64,000 bases of DNA from a phage: the sequence record OZ336093.1; one strand, 5' to 3'. The notes beneath the pieces are model-generated. The model was not told the DNA's origin. It saw only the letters and a list, made by a program, of their open reading frames with translations, and ran no database searches. Positions 10,339 to 20,969 of the stretch are shown here, in pieces. How positions within the stretch are numbered: position 1 is the stretch's first letter; the number at the start of each line of letters is the position of its first letter. The translations under genes and the position numbers were made by a program.

Positions 10339-11139
10339 ATGAATATCGATGTAGAAAAGATGCTTGAAGAAAAAGGTATTGACGAAGCATTTTTAATCAA
10401 TGCCGTAGAAAGCATGGCTATGATTCTTCGTGGGAACAACTACACAGAACAGTTTATGCCTGCAAGCTATAACTTGCCTGAAGACAAGTCTGATAACGGT
10501 GCTTTTGCAGAACAGGTTAACATGATGCTTTGCGACAAAACACTCGCTCTGGCATCTATTGCGGTTGGTGTTGATGCTCTTGCAGAGTTTATTTTTTATG
10601 AGATGCAGAGAAATGACTATATCAGGATGTCAGACGAAGATAAGGAACTGTTGCTGACTAAGGACACTGATTTCATTATTGATACACTTATCTCATCAAC
10701 AAGTGCTGTTATGGCTGTTCTTGAGAAGCGTATGGAAGAGAAACTTTCACGATATGAAAAACTTGATTGGGGCGTAGAAGAATTAAGCCCACGAATCAAA
10801 GAGATTATCCAGCAAACTAAAGAGTCTTTGGAAGAAGCTGTTGAAAATGACTCTGTAGCTGATATAGAACCACTTCAGGTGAAAGTTGCACTGATGATTC
10901 CAGCTATCTCTACGATGATGAATATCGTTGCACTAATCCAACTTTCACAGATGATGGGTGTGAGTATTGAGTTCATTGAAGAGATGACTGGTGGCGTCAG
11001 TATGCAAGCAATCAATGATGTTTTGGTGAACATTGGTGCTTCCATCATTGAAGAGAAACTACGCATTAACTTCGGTGATGATTTTGTGAAGCAACTCTCA
11101 GCTATGGCTGAAAAAGAGTCTGCTGAGCAACTTCACTAA
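10339..11139 (+). CDS. hypothetical protein
   Basis: 266 aa ORF, 2 bp after previous stop. Confidence 0.55.
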   Translation: MNIDVEKMLEEKGIDEAFLINAVESMAMILRGNNYTEQFMPASYNLPEDKSDNGAFAEQVNMMLCDKTLALASIAVGVDALAEFIFYEMQRNDYIRMSDEDKELLLTKDTDFIIDTLISSTSAVMAVLEKRMEEKLSRYEKLDWGVEELSPRIKEIIQQTKESLEEAVENDSVADIEPLQVKVALMIPAISTMMNIVALIQLSQMMGVSIEFIEEMTGGVSMQAINDVLVNIGASIIEEKLRINFGDDFVKQLSAMAEKESAEQLH

Positions 11140-11157
11140 GTCTTTATAAATCTTACA

Positions 11158-11182
11158 AGCCTCCTTAGTTGGGGGCTTTTTA
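11158..11182 (+). terminator. rho-independent terminator (leaky)
   Basis: AGCCTCC-TTAGTTG-GGGGCTTTTT hairpin plus T-run. Confidence 0.5.
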
Positions 11183-11200
11183 GTAATTAATGGAGATAAA

Positions 11201-11944
11201 ATGAGTAATATTATAGCATTTACTGGAAAGGCACGTTCTGGAAAAGACACCTCATGTTCTATTGTGAAGAACATCTTAGAGGATGAGCACGGCTACAATG
11301 TTGAAGTAATGGCCTTTGCAGACAACCTTAAACTATCTGCATCAAAGATATTTGACTTGACTTGGAATGACCTGTACGGTGAAACTAAAGAGACTCCACA
11401 GGTTTTTGACTTATCATATCCTGAACTGATGTTCAAAGTTACGGAAGCTATGGAGTTCACCTTCAGAGATGAACGTTACCATATGGACTACAAGCTTATG
11501 TCAGAGTTAACCGGACGATTAATCATGGAGCTTAAGAAGGTTGCTAAACCGACTCTATTGACACGTCTGGGGTTTAGCAAAAAGTATAAATTCTCATCAA
11601 GACAAATTCAACAGATTTGGGGTACTGAAGTTATCCGTAAAGTTATGGGCGACAAGTTCTGGTCTAAAGACCTTGAAAAAAGAATGGTTAGATTCTATGA
11701 AATGTGCTCACTTAGAAATCAATATGGTTTTGTCTTAATCAGTGATTTAAGATTTGACTCTGAAGCTGAATGGCTGAGTAGATTTGCACACCAAACTATT
11801 GAAGTAAAAAGAGACAATGTGGACAAAGTTTCATCACATGTTTCAGAAAATGGGATTTCTACAAAATATGAGCGTGACATTATTCATAATAATGGTACTC
11901 TTGCAGACCTTGAGAACAAGCTAAGAGCCATCATTAAAGTTTAA
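11201..11944 (+). CDS. deoxynucleoside monophosphate kinase
   Basis: N-terminal IIAFTGKARSGKDT P-loop resembling T4 gp1 dNMP kinase. Confidence 0.7.
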   Translation: MSNIIAFTGKARSGKDTSCSIVKNILEDEHGYNVEVMAFADNLKLSASKIFDLTWNDLYGETKETPQVFDLSYPELMFKVTEAMEFTFRDERYHMDYKLMSELTGRLIMELKKVAKPTLLTRLGFSKKYKFSSRQIQQIWGTEVIRKVMGDKFWSKDLEKRMVRFYEMCSLRNQYGFVLISDLRFDSEAEWLSRFAHQTIEVKRDNVDKVSSHVSENGISTKYERDIIHNNGTLADLENKLRAIIKV

Positions 11945-11952
11945 AAGAGAGA

Positions 11953-12153
11953 ATGAAGATGAGAGTAAAAGACAATTTTAAAGTTATTGACCACCGTTTA
12001 GTGGAACTCTCATCTCTTTCCAATGAGGTAATGATTGAACGTCTTAAGAGAGTTGAATCACGAAGGAAAGAGATTGCAGATGAAATTCATGAACTGGACA
12101 AGATTGAAAATGGATTGAAGGCAGAACTACAACGAAGAGGTGCTAATGTCTAA
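11953..12153 (+). CDS. hypothetical small protein
   Basis: 66 aa coiled-coil-like ORF. Confidence 0.4.
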   Translation: MKMRVKDNFKVIDHRLVELSSLSNEVMIERLKRVESRRKEIADEIHELDKIENGLKAELQRRGANV

Positions 12154-14131
12154 AGGTCGTAAATTGAAAGAGGCTGGTCAGTTTGTTGGTCATTGTGCAT
12201 GTCCACGTTGTGGTTCATCAGATGCTGGTTCAATCTATCATCATGACGATGATTCTTATTCAATGACTTGCTTTAGTTGTAACAAAGGTTTCCCAGAGTG
12301 GGATTTTGATAAAGGACAAATCGTGAGCACTTATTCTACTGGTTCAGACAATAAAAACCGTACTTTCCGTGGAATGGACTTAGAAGATGTAAAAGAAAAC
12401 CTAGAAGCAATGGACTTGAAAGACAGGAAGATTCCTGCAAAAGTCCTTGAACGCTTAGGTATCAAGGTTGACATTGACAGTGACGGTGAAATTGATGCGC
12501 ACTTCTATCCAACTTACAAACGTAATGAAGATGGTAAGCTAGAACACGTTGGTTACCGTGTACGTCACCGTTACCCAGAAGACCATCCAAAAGAGCACCT
12601 ACGTGGTAAGCTAAAAGACTTTTCTGGTGGTGTTGGAGACATTAAAGGTGAACTAGCAATGTTCGGTTCATGGATTGCTCCAGAAGGTGGTAACCGTCTA
12701 TTCATCTGGGAAGGTGAGATGGAATGTGCGACAGCAATCTATATGACTTCTCTTGCGATTAAGGACAAATCTCGTCGTAAGAATTACTGTCACGTATCTG
12801 TTCCGTCAGGTGCAAACATTAAGTCTATCAAAGATAACTATCAGTACATTACATCATTTGATGAGATTTACTTGTGCTTTGATAATGATGAAGCAGGTGC
12901 TAAAGCTACCAAAGAGGCTGCTGGCATTCTCCCTATCGAGAAGGTTCGTTTATTTCAGTATCCAGAGGGTGTAAAAGACCTTAACGAATGGTGGACAAAG
13001 TTCTATAAAGAGAAAGACACAGTTCTTGAAGGGTTTAAGCAGCGTATCTACAATGCACCCCGTTACTGCCCTGCTGGTATCAAGAACTTCGCAGATGGTT
13101 TTGAGGCAATGAAGAATCGTGGTCAGATTCCATTGATTCCTTTCCCAGAATCTTTCGGAGATTTGAACAGGCTGACTTATGGCGGTTACGGTTTAGGTGA
13201 GATTACAACTCTGGCAGCACCATCTTCAGTGGGTAAATCTGCATACACTCGTGAAATGATTTATACTGCTTGGAAGGATACCGATTACAATATTGGTGTA
13301 ATTCCTGTAGAAGATACCTATGAAGAGTTGATGGAGATGCTTTGTGCAATCCACCTCAGCAAGCAGATTTCTGAGATTCCTTATGACGAACGTGATTGGG
13401 ATGAATTGAAGGAAGCACATGCAGAGCTATCTAAAGGTCGTCGTATCCACATCGTAGACCATCAAGGTGCAATTGACCAAGATAACCTGCTGGAATTTGT
13501 TGACTATCTTGTTAACAGTTTAGACTGTAAGATTATTATTCTTGACCCTATTACGTTGGCTCTGTCACGTTCAGATACGGATGAAGAGGAAGTTTTGTCT
13601 GAACTATTGCGCCGTTGCAAACGCTACCAGTATGCACAGGTGAACGTCTGTCACGTTCGTAAGAGCGCAGGTGGTCAGAAAGCTAACTCTGAAGGTGGAG
13701 ACATCTCTGAAGAGGATATTAAAGGTTCAGGTGCGTATTTCCAGATTTCTATGAACAACATTCTGTTAATGCGTAACAAGGTTGACCCAGACCCTGTTAA
13801 GAAAAACTTGACAAAAATCAAGTTAACTAAATGTCGTCGTCACGGTAAGTCAACAGGTATTGCTGGTCATACTTGGTACAACCCAGATACAGGACGCCTC
13901 ATCAAAGCATCTGGTTGTGGAGTTGACATTGATGGTGCAGCAGAAAATATTCGCCAACAGTTTGGTATTGGTGAAGCTGAAGACCATTACGATGACTCTT
14001 TGCCACATTATGAGGATGAAGTGTTTGACCGTGAAACTGGTGAAGTTTATACTGAAGAACAACGTCAAAGTTCAACAATTCCACCTGTATTAAGTGAGGA
14101 TGCAGATGACTGCCCATTCGAAACTGAGTGA
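12140..14131 (+). CDS. bifunctional primase-helicase (T7 gp4-like)
   Basis: N-terminal zinc ribbon CxxC...CxxC, TOPRIM FDNDEAGAKATKEAAG, DnaB-like Walker A APSSVGKSAY and Walker B IIILDPIT. Confidence 0.85.
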   Translation: MLMSKGRKLKEAGQFVGHCACPRCGSSDAGSIYHHDDDSYSMTCFSCNKGFPEWDFDKGQIVSTYSTGSDNKNRTFRGMDLEDVKENLEAMDLKDRKIPAKVLERLGIKVDIDSDGEIDAHFYPTYKRNEDGKLEHVGYRVRHRYPEDHPKEHLRGKLKDFSGGVGDIKGELAMFGSWIAPEGGNRLFIWEGEMECATAIYMTSLAIKDKSRRKNYCHVSVPSGANIKSIKDNYQYITSFDEIYLCFDNDEAGAKATKEAAGILPIEKVRLFQYPEGVKDLNEWWTKFYKEKDTVLEGFKQRIYNAPRYCPAGIKNFADGFEAMKNRGQIPLIPFPESFGDLNRLTYGGYGLGEITTLAAPSSVGKSAYTREMIYTAWKDTDYNIGVIPVEDTYEELMEMLCAIHLSKQISEIPYDERDWDELKEAHAELSKGRRIHIVDHQGAIDQDNLLEFVDYLVNSLDCKIIILDPITLALSRSDTDEEEVLSELLRRCKRYQYAQVNVCHVRKSAGGQKANSEGGDISEEDIKGSGAYFQISMNNILLMRNKVDPDPVKKNLTKIKLTKCRRHGKSTGIAGHTWYNPDTGRLIKASGCGVDIDGAAENIRQQFGIGEAEDHYDDSLPHYEDEVFDRETGEVYTEEQRQSSTIPPVLSEDADDCPFETE

Positions 14132-14383
14132 TAGTTATAAAAGAGAGGGGTTCACACCCTTCTTTGAAGAAAAAAGTTTAAATAAATTTCAGGAAGAGTG
14201 TTTGACAAAGGTTGATAGGTTCTATAGAATGCTCTACATGAAATGTGATGGAGGTGTTGAGGTAGAAGAAAAGTTCCACCACAGTATTATCACAGTCACT
14301 ATTACTATACCTCAGCATAATATTGGTTGGCTGTTTATAATGAAAGAAAATGTGTTTGAATATCAAGTATATCGGAGAATATC

Positions 14384-14533
14384 ATGAAACACTCTAAAGC
14401 ATTTGAAAAAGTTTTTGGGGATTCCTTAAAAGCCACTGCTGGAAAACCAGCAAAATACTATGAAGAAAAACGTGTAAGAACTGGAAAAACTGCACGTAAA
14501 GCAGCTTCTAAAGATAAGCACAACTTCCAGTAA
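14384..14533 (+). CDS. hypothetical small basic protein
   Basis: 49 aa ORF with GGAGAA RBS; not in supplied track (under 60 aa). Confidence 0.3.
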   Translation: MKHSKAFEKVFGDSLKATAGKPAKYYEEKRVRTGKTARKAASKDKHNFQ

Positions 14534-14547
14534 TTAGTAATTAGTAT

Positions 14548-14582
14548 TTGACAATAGAGTATCAACAAACTAGAATTAGTAC
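14548..14582 (+). promoter_or_regulatory. sigma70-like promoter TTGACA-N17-TAGAAT
   Basis: consensus -35 and near-consensus -10 about 30 bp upstream of the SSB-like gene. Confidence 0.55.
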
Positions 14583-14612
14583 TCTTCATAAATTGAGATA
14601 GAGGTTTAAATA

Positions 14613-15470
14613 ATGTCTAAAGTTGTTAAAATGAAAGCTCCGGTAGAGAAGTACAACGGTACTGAACGCCAAACTCTGCGTTACCTGCTGAAAGATGTCT
14701 GGTTTTATTACCTGAACACTTCACCACGTCCGGGAAAAGGTAAATCTATTGATAAGAAATTCCCAGGAAAAGACTGTAACTACAGCGTATCAATTCTGGC
14801 AGAAGACGGTAACAAACTGTTTAAAGAGTTTACTAAGTCTAAGAAAAATCCAGAAGGCTGGGATAAAGTCACTACTGAAGCAGTTGATGCAGACGACTTC
14901 GAAGAGAAGTTTGGTTGTAAACCACCTTTTGAAGCAGACACTTACTACATCTTGAAAGTAAGTCGTGCAGCAGCTTATAAAGATGGTGCTGTATGGACAG
15001 CTAAACAGTCATTCCCTGTTATGCTTATTGAAGAAGTAAATGGTAAGCGTGTAGCTGTTAAACAGCCGATGAAGAAAATCAAAGCTCAAGCATCTGATAA
15101 ACATGAAGATGATAAGAACTATGATGTAATTCATCCAGATATTGCAGTTGGTAACGGTTCTTTTGGTAGTGTGATTCTTTCTACTCACTTCTACACTTTT
15201 GAGAATAATGTTCTGACAAAACCTATTCAGGAACAGTTTATCATTGATACTCTTGTACCTTACACTGGTGGTAACGGTGCTAACGGCGAACCTGAACTGG
15301 ATGAAGACGAACTGGCTATGCTTGGTCTTGATGGTGTCGAAGATAACGGTGAAATCACTGAAGAAGACGCAACAGACCACAAACCTTCGAATGATTCTGA
15401 TGATGGTGACGATGAAGACTTGCCAGACCCAGATGACGAAGAAGATGAAGACTTCGATACAGAAGACTAA
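14613..15470 (+). CDS. putative single-stranded DNA-binding protein
   Basis: strongly acidic C-terminal tail (DDGDDEDLPDPDDEEDEDFDTED) as in phage SSBs; position between helicase and nuclease. Confidence 0.5.
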   Translation: MSKVVKMKAPVEKYNGTERQTLRYLLKDVWFYYLNTSPRPGKGKSIDKKFPGKDCNYSVSILAEDGNKLFKEFTKSKKNPEGWDKVTTEAVDADDFEEKFGCKPPFEADTYYILKVSRAAAYKDGAVWTAKQSFPVMLIEEVNGKRVAVKQPMKKIKAQASDKHEDDKNYDVIHPDIAVGNGSFGSVILSTHFYTFENNVLTKPIQEQFIIDTLVPYTGGNGANGEPELDEDELAMLGLDGVEDNGEITEEDATDHKPSNDSDDGDDEDLPDPDDEEDEDFDTED

Positions 15471-15488
15471 TCTCTAAAAGTTACTTTA

Positions 15489-15516
15489 AAGCCCTGTACT
15501 TAGTATGGGGCTTTTT
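15489..15516 (+). terminator. rho-independent terminator
   Basis: AGCCC..GGGGCT hairpin followed by TTTTT. Confidence 0.5.
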
Positions 15517-15532
15517 CATATGGAGAGTCACA

Positions 15533-16573
15533 ATGGAGAAGTACACATTAAAAAAACTTCCCGATTCAGTTACACATGTCTTTATTGACTCTGACAGTAT
15601 TGCCTATAAAGGTGCTTGTGTAGTTGAGAAAGCAAAATATAAATATGTCAATAAACTCACAGCAGAAGAATCTGAATCATTTGATAATGCAAAAGATGCT
15701 GCAAGATGGTTAGCAGACCAGAGAATCCTTGTGGAAGAGCTTGGCCTGACATTTGATGAAGATGAATGGGAAAGACAGACTTGGAAAGAAGCTAAGAGTG
15801 AGAAAGAAGCTATCATGGCTACTCAACAGGTTCTTCAGGAATGGCTTAAGGTGGTTGGTAAAGAGAGAACTTGGGTAGGTTATTTAACAGAGAAAGGTGT
15901 GCATAAACATAAAGACATTAAAGGTCTTGAGCACCAATATCAAGGGAACCGTAAAGATGCTGTCACACCAACACACTTAGTTGCTTGTCGTGAGTATCTT
16001 CTGTCAAGACCAGAGTTCAAACTCTTAAAGGGAGGATTCGAAGCCGATTCAATCGTAATTGCTAAAGCTGAAAAGATGGGTAAGAAGGCTGCTCTTATGA
16101 GTATTGACAAAGACCTTCGACAAGCTGAAGGAACTTATTGTATTGATATGACTTATGAAAAATCACCACTAATCTTTATTGCTGATAATAATGTTGGCGA
16201 TATCTGGGATTGTCCTATCAAATCAAAACCAAAAGCTGCAAAAACAGTTGGTGTAGGTTTTAAGTTCTTGTGCTATCAGGCTGTTGCTGGAGATAATGCA
16301 GACAACTACTTCGGACTTAAAGGTGCTGGTAAAGTAGCTGTGATGAATGCTTTAGATGGTAAAGAGACCTACAAAGAGTGTCTTGATGCTATCTATGAAC
16401 TCTATGCTAAAAAAGACTCTTACACCTATGTATCATGGGATGGACAGACTGTTACAAAGACACCGTTAGAGCTAATGGAACAGCATTTCTGGATAGCTTA
16501 TCAAGAAAGAAATCCAAAAGATAATTTCTCTTTTAAGAAATATAATTGGGAGCCGTGTATGAATGAAGATTAA
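15533..16573 (+). CDS. 5'-3' exonuclease / flap endonuclease (RNase H-like)
   Basis: PIN-like N-terminus VFIDSDSIAY and GFEADSIVIA...SIDKDLRQ resembling T5 D15/T4 RNase H family. Confidence 0.65.
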   Translation: MEKYTLKKLPDSVTHVFIDSDSIAYKGACVVEKAKYKYVNKLTAEESESFDNAKDAARWLADQRILVEELGLTFDEDEWERQTWKEAKSEKEAIMATQQVLQEWLKVVGKERTWVGYLTEKGVHKHKDIKGLEHQYQGNRKDAVTPTHLVACREYLLSRPEFKLLKGGFEADSIVIAKAEKMGKKAALMSIDKDLRQAEGTYCIDMTYEKSPLIFIADNNVGDIWDCPIKSKPKAAKTVGVGFKFLCYQAVAGDNADNYFGLKGAGKVAVMNALDGKETYKECLDAIYELYAKKDSYTYVSWDGQTVTKTPLELMEQHFWIAYQERNPKDNFSFKKYNWEPCMNED

Positions 16574-17060
16574 AAGATTTGGCAATTGCCCCACCTATGG
16601 TCATTGGGTATCTTTATGTGGGGAAGTTGACCCCACTAAACATTTTGGTTTTGTCTATTTAGTACACTGTAAGAAGACTGGACAATATTATATCGGAAAG
16701 AAACAGCTTAATAGTGTGACCAAAAGAAAAGTTGCTGGCAAGACTCGGAAGAAGGTAGTCACTAAGGAGAGTGATTGGATGACTTACGAGACTTCTTCTG
16801 AGTATATTAAAAAAGATATTGAGAGCTTTGGAAAAGAATTTTTTGACTTTTACATTATCCAAACCTACTACACGAAAGGTGGTCTAGTTTATGGCGAAGC
16901 AAACCTTCAACATAAATTCGATGTAATGACAAAAAGGATTGACTCTAAGCTCAGACTCTTCTACAATGCCAATATTGCAGCAATTAAGTTTATCACTAAA
17001 GAAACTTATGAAGATGCTGAAAAAAGAATCCATAAGGTAATGAAAGCAAATTGTGCTTGA
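16563..17060 (+). CDS. GIY-YIG endonuclease (putative homing endonuclease)
   Basis: GFVYLVHCKKTGQYYIGKK matches the GIY-(N10)-YIG motif. Confidence 0.65.
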   Translation: MKIKRFGNCPTYGHWVSLCGEVDPTKHFGFVYLVHCKKTGQYYIGKKQLNSVTKRKVAGKTRKKVVTKESDWMTYETSSEYIKKDIESFGKEFFDFYIIQTYYTKGGLVYGEANLQHKFDVMTKRIDSKLRLFYNANIAAIKFITKETYEDAEKRIHKVMKANCA

Positions 17061-17066
17061 TAACTA

Positions 17067-17312
17067 TTGAGAGAGAATAAAATGTTTAACAAAAGTAAAG
17101 CTGTGAGTCATGTAGCAAAGGTTGACAGCAAGATTGAAGAACTTGAGCGCATTCTTGCAAATGCCAGAGAGTCAATAATTAAAGAAGTTGAAGCTGTTGA
17201 ATCTCAAATGCAGCACCTAATGCTTAAACGTCAAGAGTTACGTGAGCATCTGGAATATATTGAAACACGAGAGCTAAAAGTTAACAGATTTTTAAGGAGT
17301 CCGAATGTTTAA
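17067..17312 (+). CDS. hypothetical coiled-coil protein
   Basis: 81 aa ORF. Confidence 0.45.
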   Translation: MRENKMFNKSKAVSHVAKVDSKIEELERILANARESIIKEVEAVESQMQHLMLKRQELREHLEYIETRELKVNRFLRSPNV

Positions 17313-18060
17313 CTCAAGAGAATCAGTAAAAAACTGGAATCTTCGTTGTGGAAACACCCAAAAGCAACCTTACAGCAATGAGTATTGGGAATCTTTGAAA
17401 TCTCAATCTCTGTGTATGCTTGAGGAAGCAAAAGAGCTTGTAAAAGCAATTGAAGAGAAAGACCCCATTGAGACACTGGATGCTCAGGCAGATTTGCAAT
17501 ATGTTCTTGATGGTTTGATTTACCTGTCACAACATGACCATAACGGTGCTATGAAAGCTGTTTGTCATAATAATGACCTGAAGTACACAGATGACTATGA
17601 AGAAGCTTTAAAACGTCTTGCAGATATTGAGAAGCGTACTGGTCAAGAGTGTATCATCAGAATGTCAGTAGTTGATGGTAAAGAGTGGTATGCGATTGTT
17701 CGTGCAGCCGATGGTAAGATTATGAAGCAGTCTAATCTTCCTAAAGTGCAGCTTGGTGAATACATTGTAGAACTTGAAAGCCAAGAACTTTTTGTGGTAG
17801 TATCTGAGACATGCGTTATCTGCAAAAGTATTGTAGGTAGCTTAAAGGATTTGGGTGTAGATGGTTTTGTAGAAGTTAATCCAATTACCTCTAAAGCAGA
17901 TAAAGATTTCTGTAAAGAGAACGGACTATGGATTGCAGATATTGTCTACTATGATGGTGAGCAGTTCCATGTAACCTCATACCCGAAACTGAATTATGAT
18001 GCTAATAACCTGAAGTGCTGGTTAAAAGGGGTTGGTTATAATGGATTCACAGAACATTAA
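17305..18060 (+). CDS. hypothetical protein
   Basis: 251 aa ORF. Confidence 0.5.
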   Translation: MFNSRESVKNWNLRCGNTQKQPYSNEYWESLKSQSLCMLEEAKELVKAIEEKDPIETLDAQADLQYVLDGLIYLSQHDHNGAMKAVCHNNDLKYTDDYEEALKRLADIEKRTGQECIIRMSVVDGKEWYAIVRAADGKIMKQSNLPKVQLGEYIVELESQELFVVVSETCVICKSIVGSLKDLGVDGFVEVNPITSKADKDFCKENGLWIADIVYYDGEQFHVTSYPKLNYDANNLKCWLKGVGYNGFTEH

Positions 18061-18364
18061 TAAAGAGGGTGTGGCTCAGAAGAGCCACTTCTCAAACTAC
18101 AATATTTCTATGACGGTGTTTATGAATGACCCGTTACTAGAAAAATATGGTGAGACTCCAGATACACTTCTGGACAATGAACAAGTTTTAAAAGCAGTCC
18201 TGTACAAATACGGGATTGATATTGAGAAAGAATATTCTTTTGAAATCTGCCAACACAGAAATACTTTTGGTAAAGTTGTGATGGCTCCGCTCTTTATGGG
18301 TGTAGAAAGAACTGACTATGGTTGGTTGTATCTAAAAAGAAACTTGGAGAAATACCGTGTCTAA
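18032..18364 (+). CDS. hypothetical protein
   Basis: 110 aa ORF, start uncertain. Confidence 0.4.
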   Translation: MVIMDSQNINKEGVAQKSHFSNYNISMTVFMNDPLLEKYGETPDTLLDNEQVLKAVLYKYGIDIEKEYSFEICQHRNTFGKVVMAPLFMGVERTDYGWLYLKRNLEKYRV

Positions 18365-18689
18365 AACAAAAAAGCTATCTTATGATGACATTATCTCAGG
18401 TGCTAAGTTAGGTGTTGATAGTATAGGACAAGACGTTAAGCACGGAGACACAGTTATGTACTGTGATGACCGAAAAGGCAGAAGTGCAATCTTGTTTGGA
18501 AGAGTTGTTTGCAAGATACGAGGTAATTATGTTGTTGAAGACATGAATGTTGATGTCACAAAACAGCTTGAAATTATTATGAGTAATAATATATCATGGT
18601 TCATCAATTGTATGCACACTTCTTCAGTCACAAAAGTAAGTGATAAGTTTTACGACATGTGGCAGAATGAGCAAATTTTCAAGATTTAA
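18357..18689 (+). CDS. hypothetical protein
   Basis: 110 aa ORF, apparent GTG start after GGAGA RBS. Confidence 0.45.
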   Translation: MSKTKKLSYDDIISGAKLGVDSIGQDVKHGDTVMYCDDRKGRSAILFGRVVCKIRGNYVVEDMNVDVTKQLEIIMSNNISWFINCMHTSSVTKVSDKFYDMWQNEQIFKI

Positions 18690-18696
18690 ACTAGGG

Positions 18697-18718
18697 AGCC
18701 TCTTCGGAGGCTCTTTTC
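18697..18718 (+). terminator. rho-independent terminator
   Basis: GAGCCTC-TTCG-GAGGCTC followed by TTTT. Confidence 0.65.
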
Positions 18719-18734
18719 ATCTGTAGGATTCAAA

Positions 18735-20969
18735 ATGATTAAGACAATTAAAAAATCAAACGGTACAGTAGTAAGCTTTGACCCAGAAAGACTGAATAAA
18801 TGGGCATCATGGGCAGATAAGCGTGGAATTATCTGGTCAGAAGTCACTATGGAAGCCATGAAACGTGTCTATGAAGGCTGCACTACAAAAGAGATGCACC
18901 AAGCCATGATTGATGTTTGTGTTGATAAACAAACTCAAGAGTACTCAGACATGGCTGGACGGCTACTTCTGGGTATTATCTACAAAGAAGCCTTTGGAGG
19001 CTTTACTAAGGTTCCTACTCTGGTTACCTTCGTTAAAAATATGGAGAGAGCAGGACTTTGGGAGAAGATGGATTATTCACAGGAAGAGCTTGAATACCTG
19101 CAAGGTTACATCGTGCACTCAAAAGATATCTCTTACGGCTATGCAGTCTTGAAACAGTTCAGAGACAAGTATGGTATCCGTGATATTAAAACTGGAAGAC
19201 TTTTTGAGTCACCTCAATTTATGTTTATGGGTATGGCTATGAAAGCCTTTGAGAAGCAACCAAAGCACCGTAGACTGCAAGATGTTATCAAGCTGTACAC
19301 TTACCTATCTGACCTGAAGATTAACGCTCCTACTCCTTATTTAAACGGTTTAAGAGCAACTAAATCAGGCTATGCGTCATGCTGTTTGATTAAGGCAAAT
19401 GATACTGCTGAATCACTTGGTATTGCTGCAAAGGTTGCTTATGATATGACTACAAAGCAAGCTGGTATCGGTATGCTGATGGAGACTCGCACTATTGGTG
19501 ATGGTATCCGTCAAAACACCATTGAGCACATGGGTAAGCTACCTTATTATAAGCTTGTACGTTCATCTGTAGAGGCAAATAAACAGAAGAGTCGTGGTGG
19601 CTCAGCTAATAACTTCTACACTGCTCTAGACCCGCAGATTGAAGATTTACTGCGTTTGAAGCACCCTACAACGGTTCCTTCTAAACGTATTAATGAGATG
19701 GACTACTCATTCGGCACAAACGATTATTTCTGGCAGTGTGTTCAGTATGATACAGATTGGTTGCTATTCTCTTACAAAGATGCACCAAAACTCTATGACA
19801 TGTTCTACACAGCATCTGCTGATGAGTTTGCTATGGCAGTTGGTCATGCAGTACATTCAGGTGTTAAGCACAGACGGGTAAAGGCTCGTGAAATTGCTAA
19901 GCTGTTTATCCAGCAGCGTTATGCAACAGGTCGTGTGTATCCTTTCTTCACCAACAATGCAAACACACACACGCCATTTAAAGAACCATTGAAGATGTCA
20001 AATCTTTGTATGGAAATTGTGTTGCCAGTGTACGGATTTGAGAAAGAGACAGACCTTTACAGAGATGATGCTGTGAAAGAGGATGGTGAGGTGGCTCTTT
20101 GCTTCCTAGCTAGTTTGGTTGCAGGGAGAATTTCAGAAGATGAATACGCTGACGTTGCTTATTATGCTCTTGCAATGGTTGACTCCGTTATTGACCTTAT
20201 GGATTATCCGTATCCGTCGATGCGTAACCATGTTCAGAAGCGTCGTTCTGTTGGGATTGGCCTTACAAATGTGGCTCATTACCTTGCGAAGAACTACGTG
20301 AACTACTCTTCACGAGCAGGTAAAACGAAACTCCATGAACTGGCAGAGATGCACTCTTACTATCTGCATGAAGCCTCTCTGAGACTTGCTAAAGAGCGTG
20401 GCGTTCCAGAGTACATGAAGTTCACTAAGTATCCTGAAGGTTGGGTTCCTCCAAAGACAGCTAACAAGAAGATTGATGAAAAGCATGATGCAAAACTACG
20501 ATATGATTGGGATGACTTAGCACAACGTATCAAAGAAAATGGTGGAATCCGAAACTCTGTATTAGAAGCTTACATGCCTAATGAGAGTTCTTCACTAGCA
20601 ACTAATACGACAAATGGCTTGTACCCAATTCGTGACTTTATTTTAACTAAAAAGTCTGCAACTGGTAACGTGCTGTTTATTGTTCCAGATTATGAAGAGT
20701 TAAAGTATGTATATGAAATTGCTTGGGGTATTGACACCTTTGACCTGATTGATTGTTATGCAATTGTTCAAAAGTTCACTGGTCAAGCTATCTCTTCAGA
20801 TTTCTATGTTGACTACGCAAAAGCTAAGAAGGTATCATTGGCTCAAGCTTTGAAGTACATGATTTATGCCAACTCGGTAGGTATGAAAACCATGTACTAC
20901 CTTAACAGTCGCATTGGTGTAGGTAAATCTGCACTGCAAGATGCTTATTGCGAGGGTTGTGGTGTTTAG
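18735..20969 (+). CDS. nrdA: ribonucleotide reductase class Ia alpha subunit
   Basis: N-terminal ATP cone (IKKSNGTVVSFDPERL), catalytic NLCMEIVLP region, 744 aa. Confidence 0.9.
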   Translation: MIKTIKKSNGTVVSFDPERLNKWASWADKRGIIWSEVTMEAMKRVYEGCTTKEMHQAMIDVCVDKQTQEYSDMAGRLLLGIIYKEAFGGFTKVPTLVTFVKNMERAGLWEKMDYSQEELEYLQGYIVHSKDISYGYAVLKQFRDKYGIRDIKTGRLFESPQFMFMGMAMKAFEKQPKHRRLQDVIKLYTYLSDLKINAPTPYLNGLRATKSGYASCCLIKANDTAESLGIAAKVAYDMTTKQAGIGMLMETRTIGDGIRQNTIEHMGKLPYYKLVRSSVEANKQKSRGGSANNFYTALDPQIEDLLRLKHPTTVPSKRINEMDYSFGTNDYFWQCVQYDTDWLLFSYKDAPKLYDMFYTASADEFAMAVGHAVHSGVKHRRVKAREIAKLFIQQRYATGRVYPFFTNNANTHTPFKEPLKMSNLCMEIVLPVYGFEKETDLYRDDAVKEDGEVALCFLASLVAGRISEDEYADVAYYALAMVDSVIDLMDYPYPSMRNHVQKRRSVGIGLTNVAHYLAKNYVNYSSRAGKTKLHELAEMHSYYLHEASLRLAKERGVPEYMKFTKYPEGWVPPKTANKKIDEKHDAKLRYDWDDLAQRIKENGGIRNSVLEAYMPNESSSLATNTTNGLYPIRDFILTKKSATGNVLFIVPDYEELKYVYEIAWGIDTFDLIDCYAIVQKFTGQAISSDFYVDYAKAKKVSLAQALKYMIYANSVGMKTMYYLNSRIGVGKSALQDAYCEGCGV

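Noticed and set aside
14094-14387. 97 aa ORF overlapping the end of primase-helicase
   Set aside because: Mostly overlaps the helicase C-terminus in another frame; a shorter 49 aa ORF at 14384 with an RBS fits better
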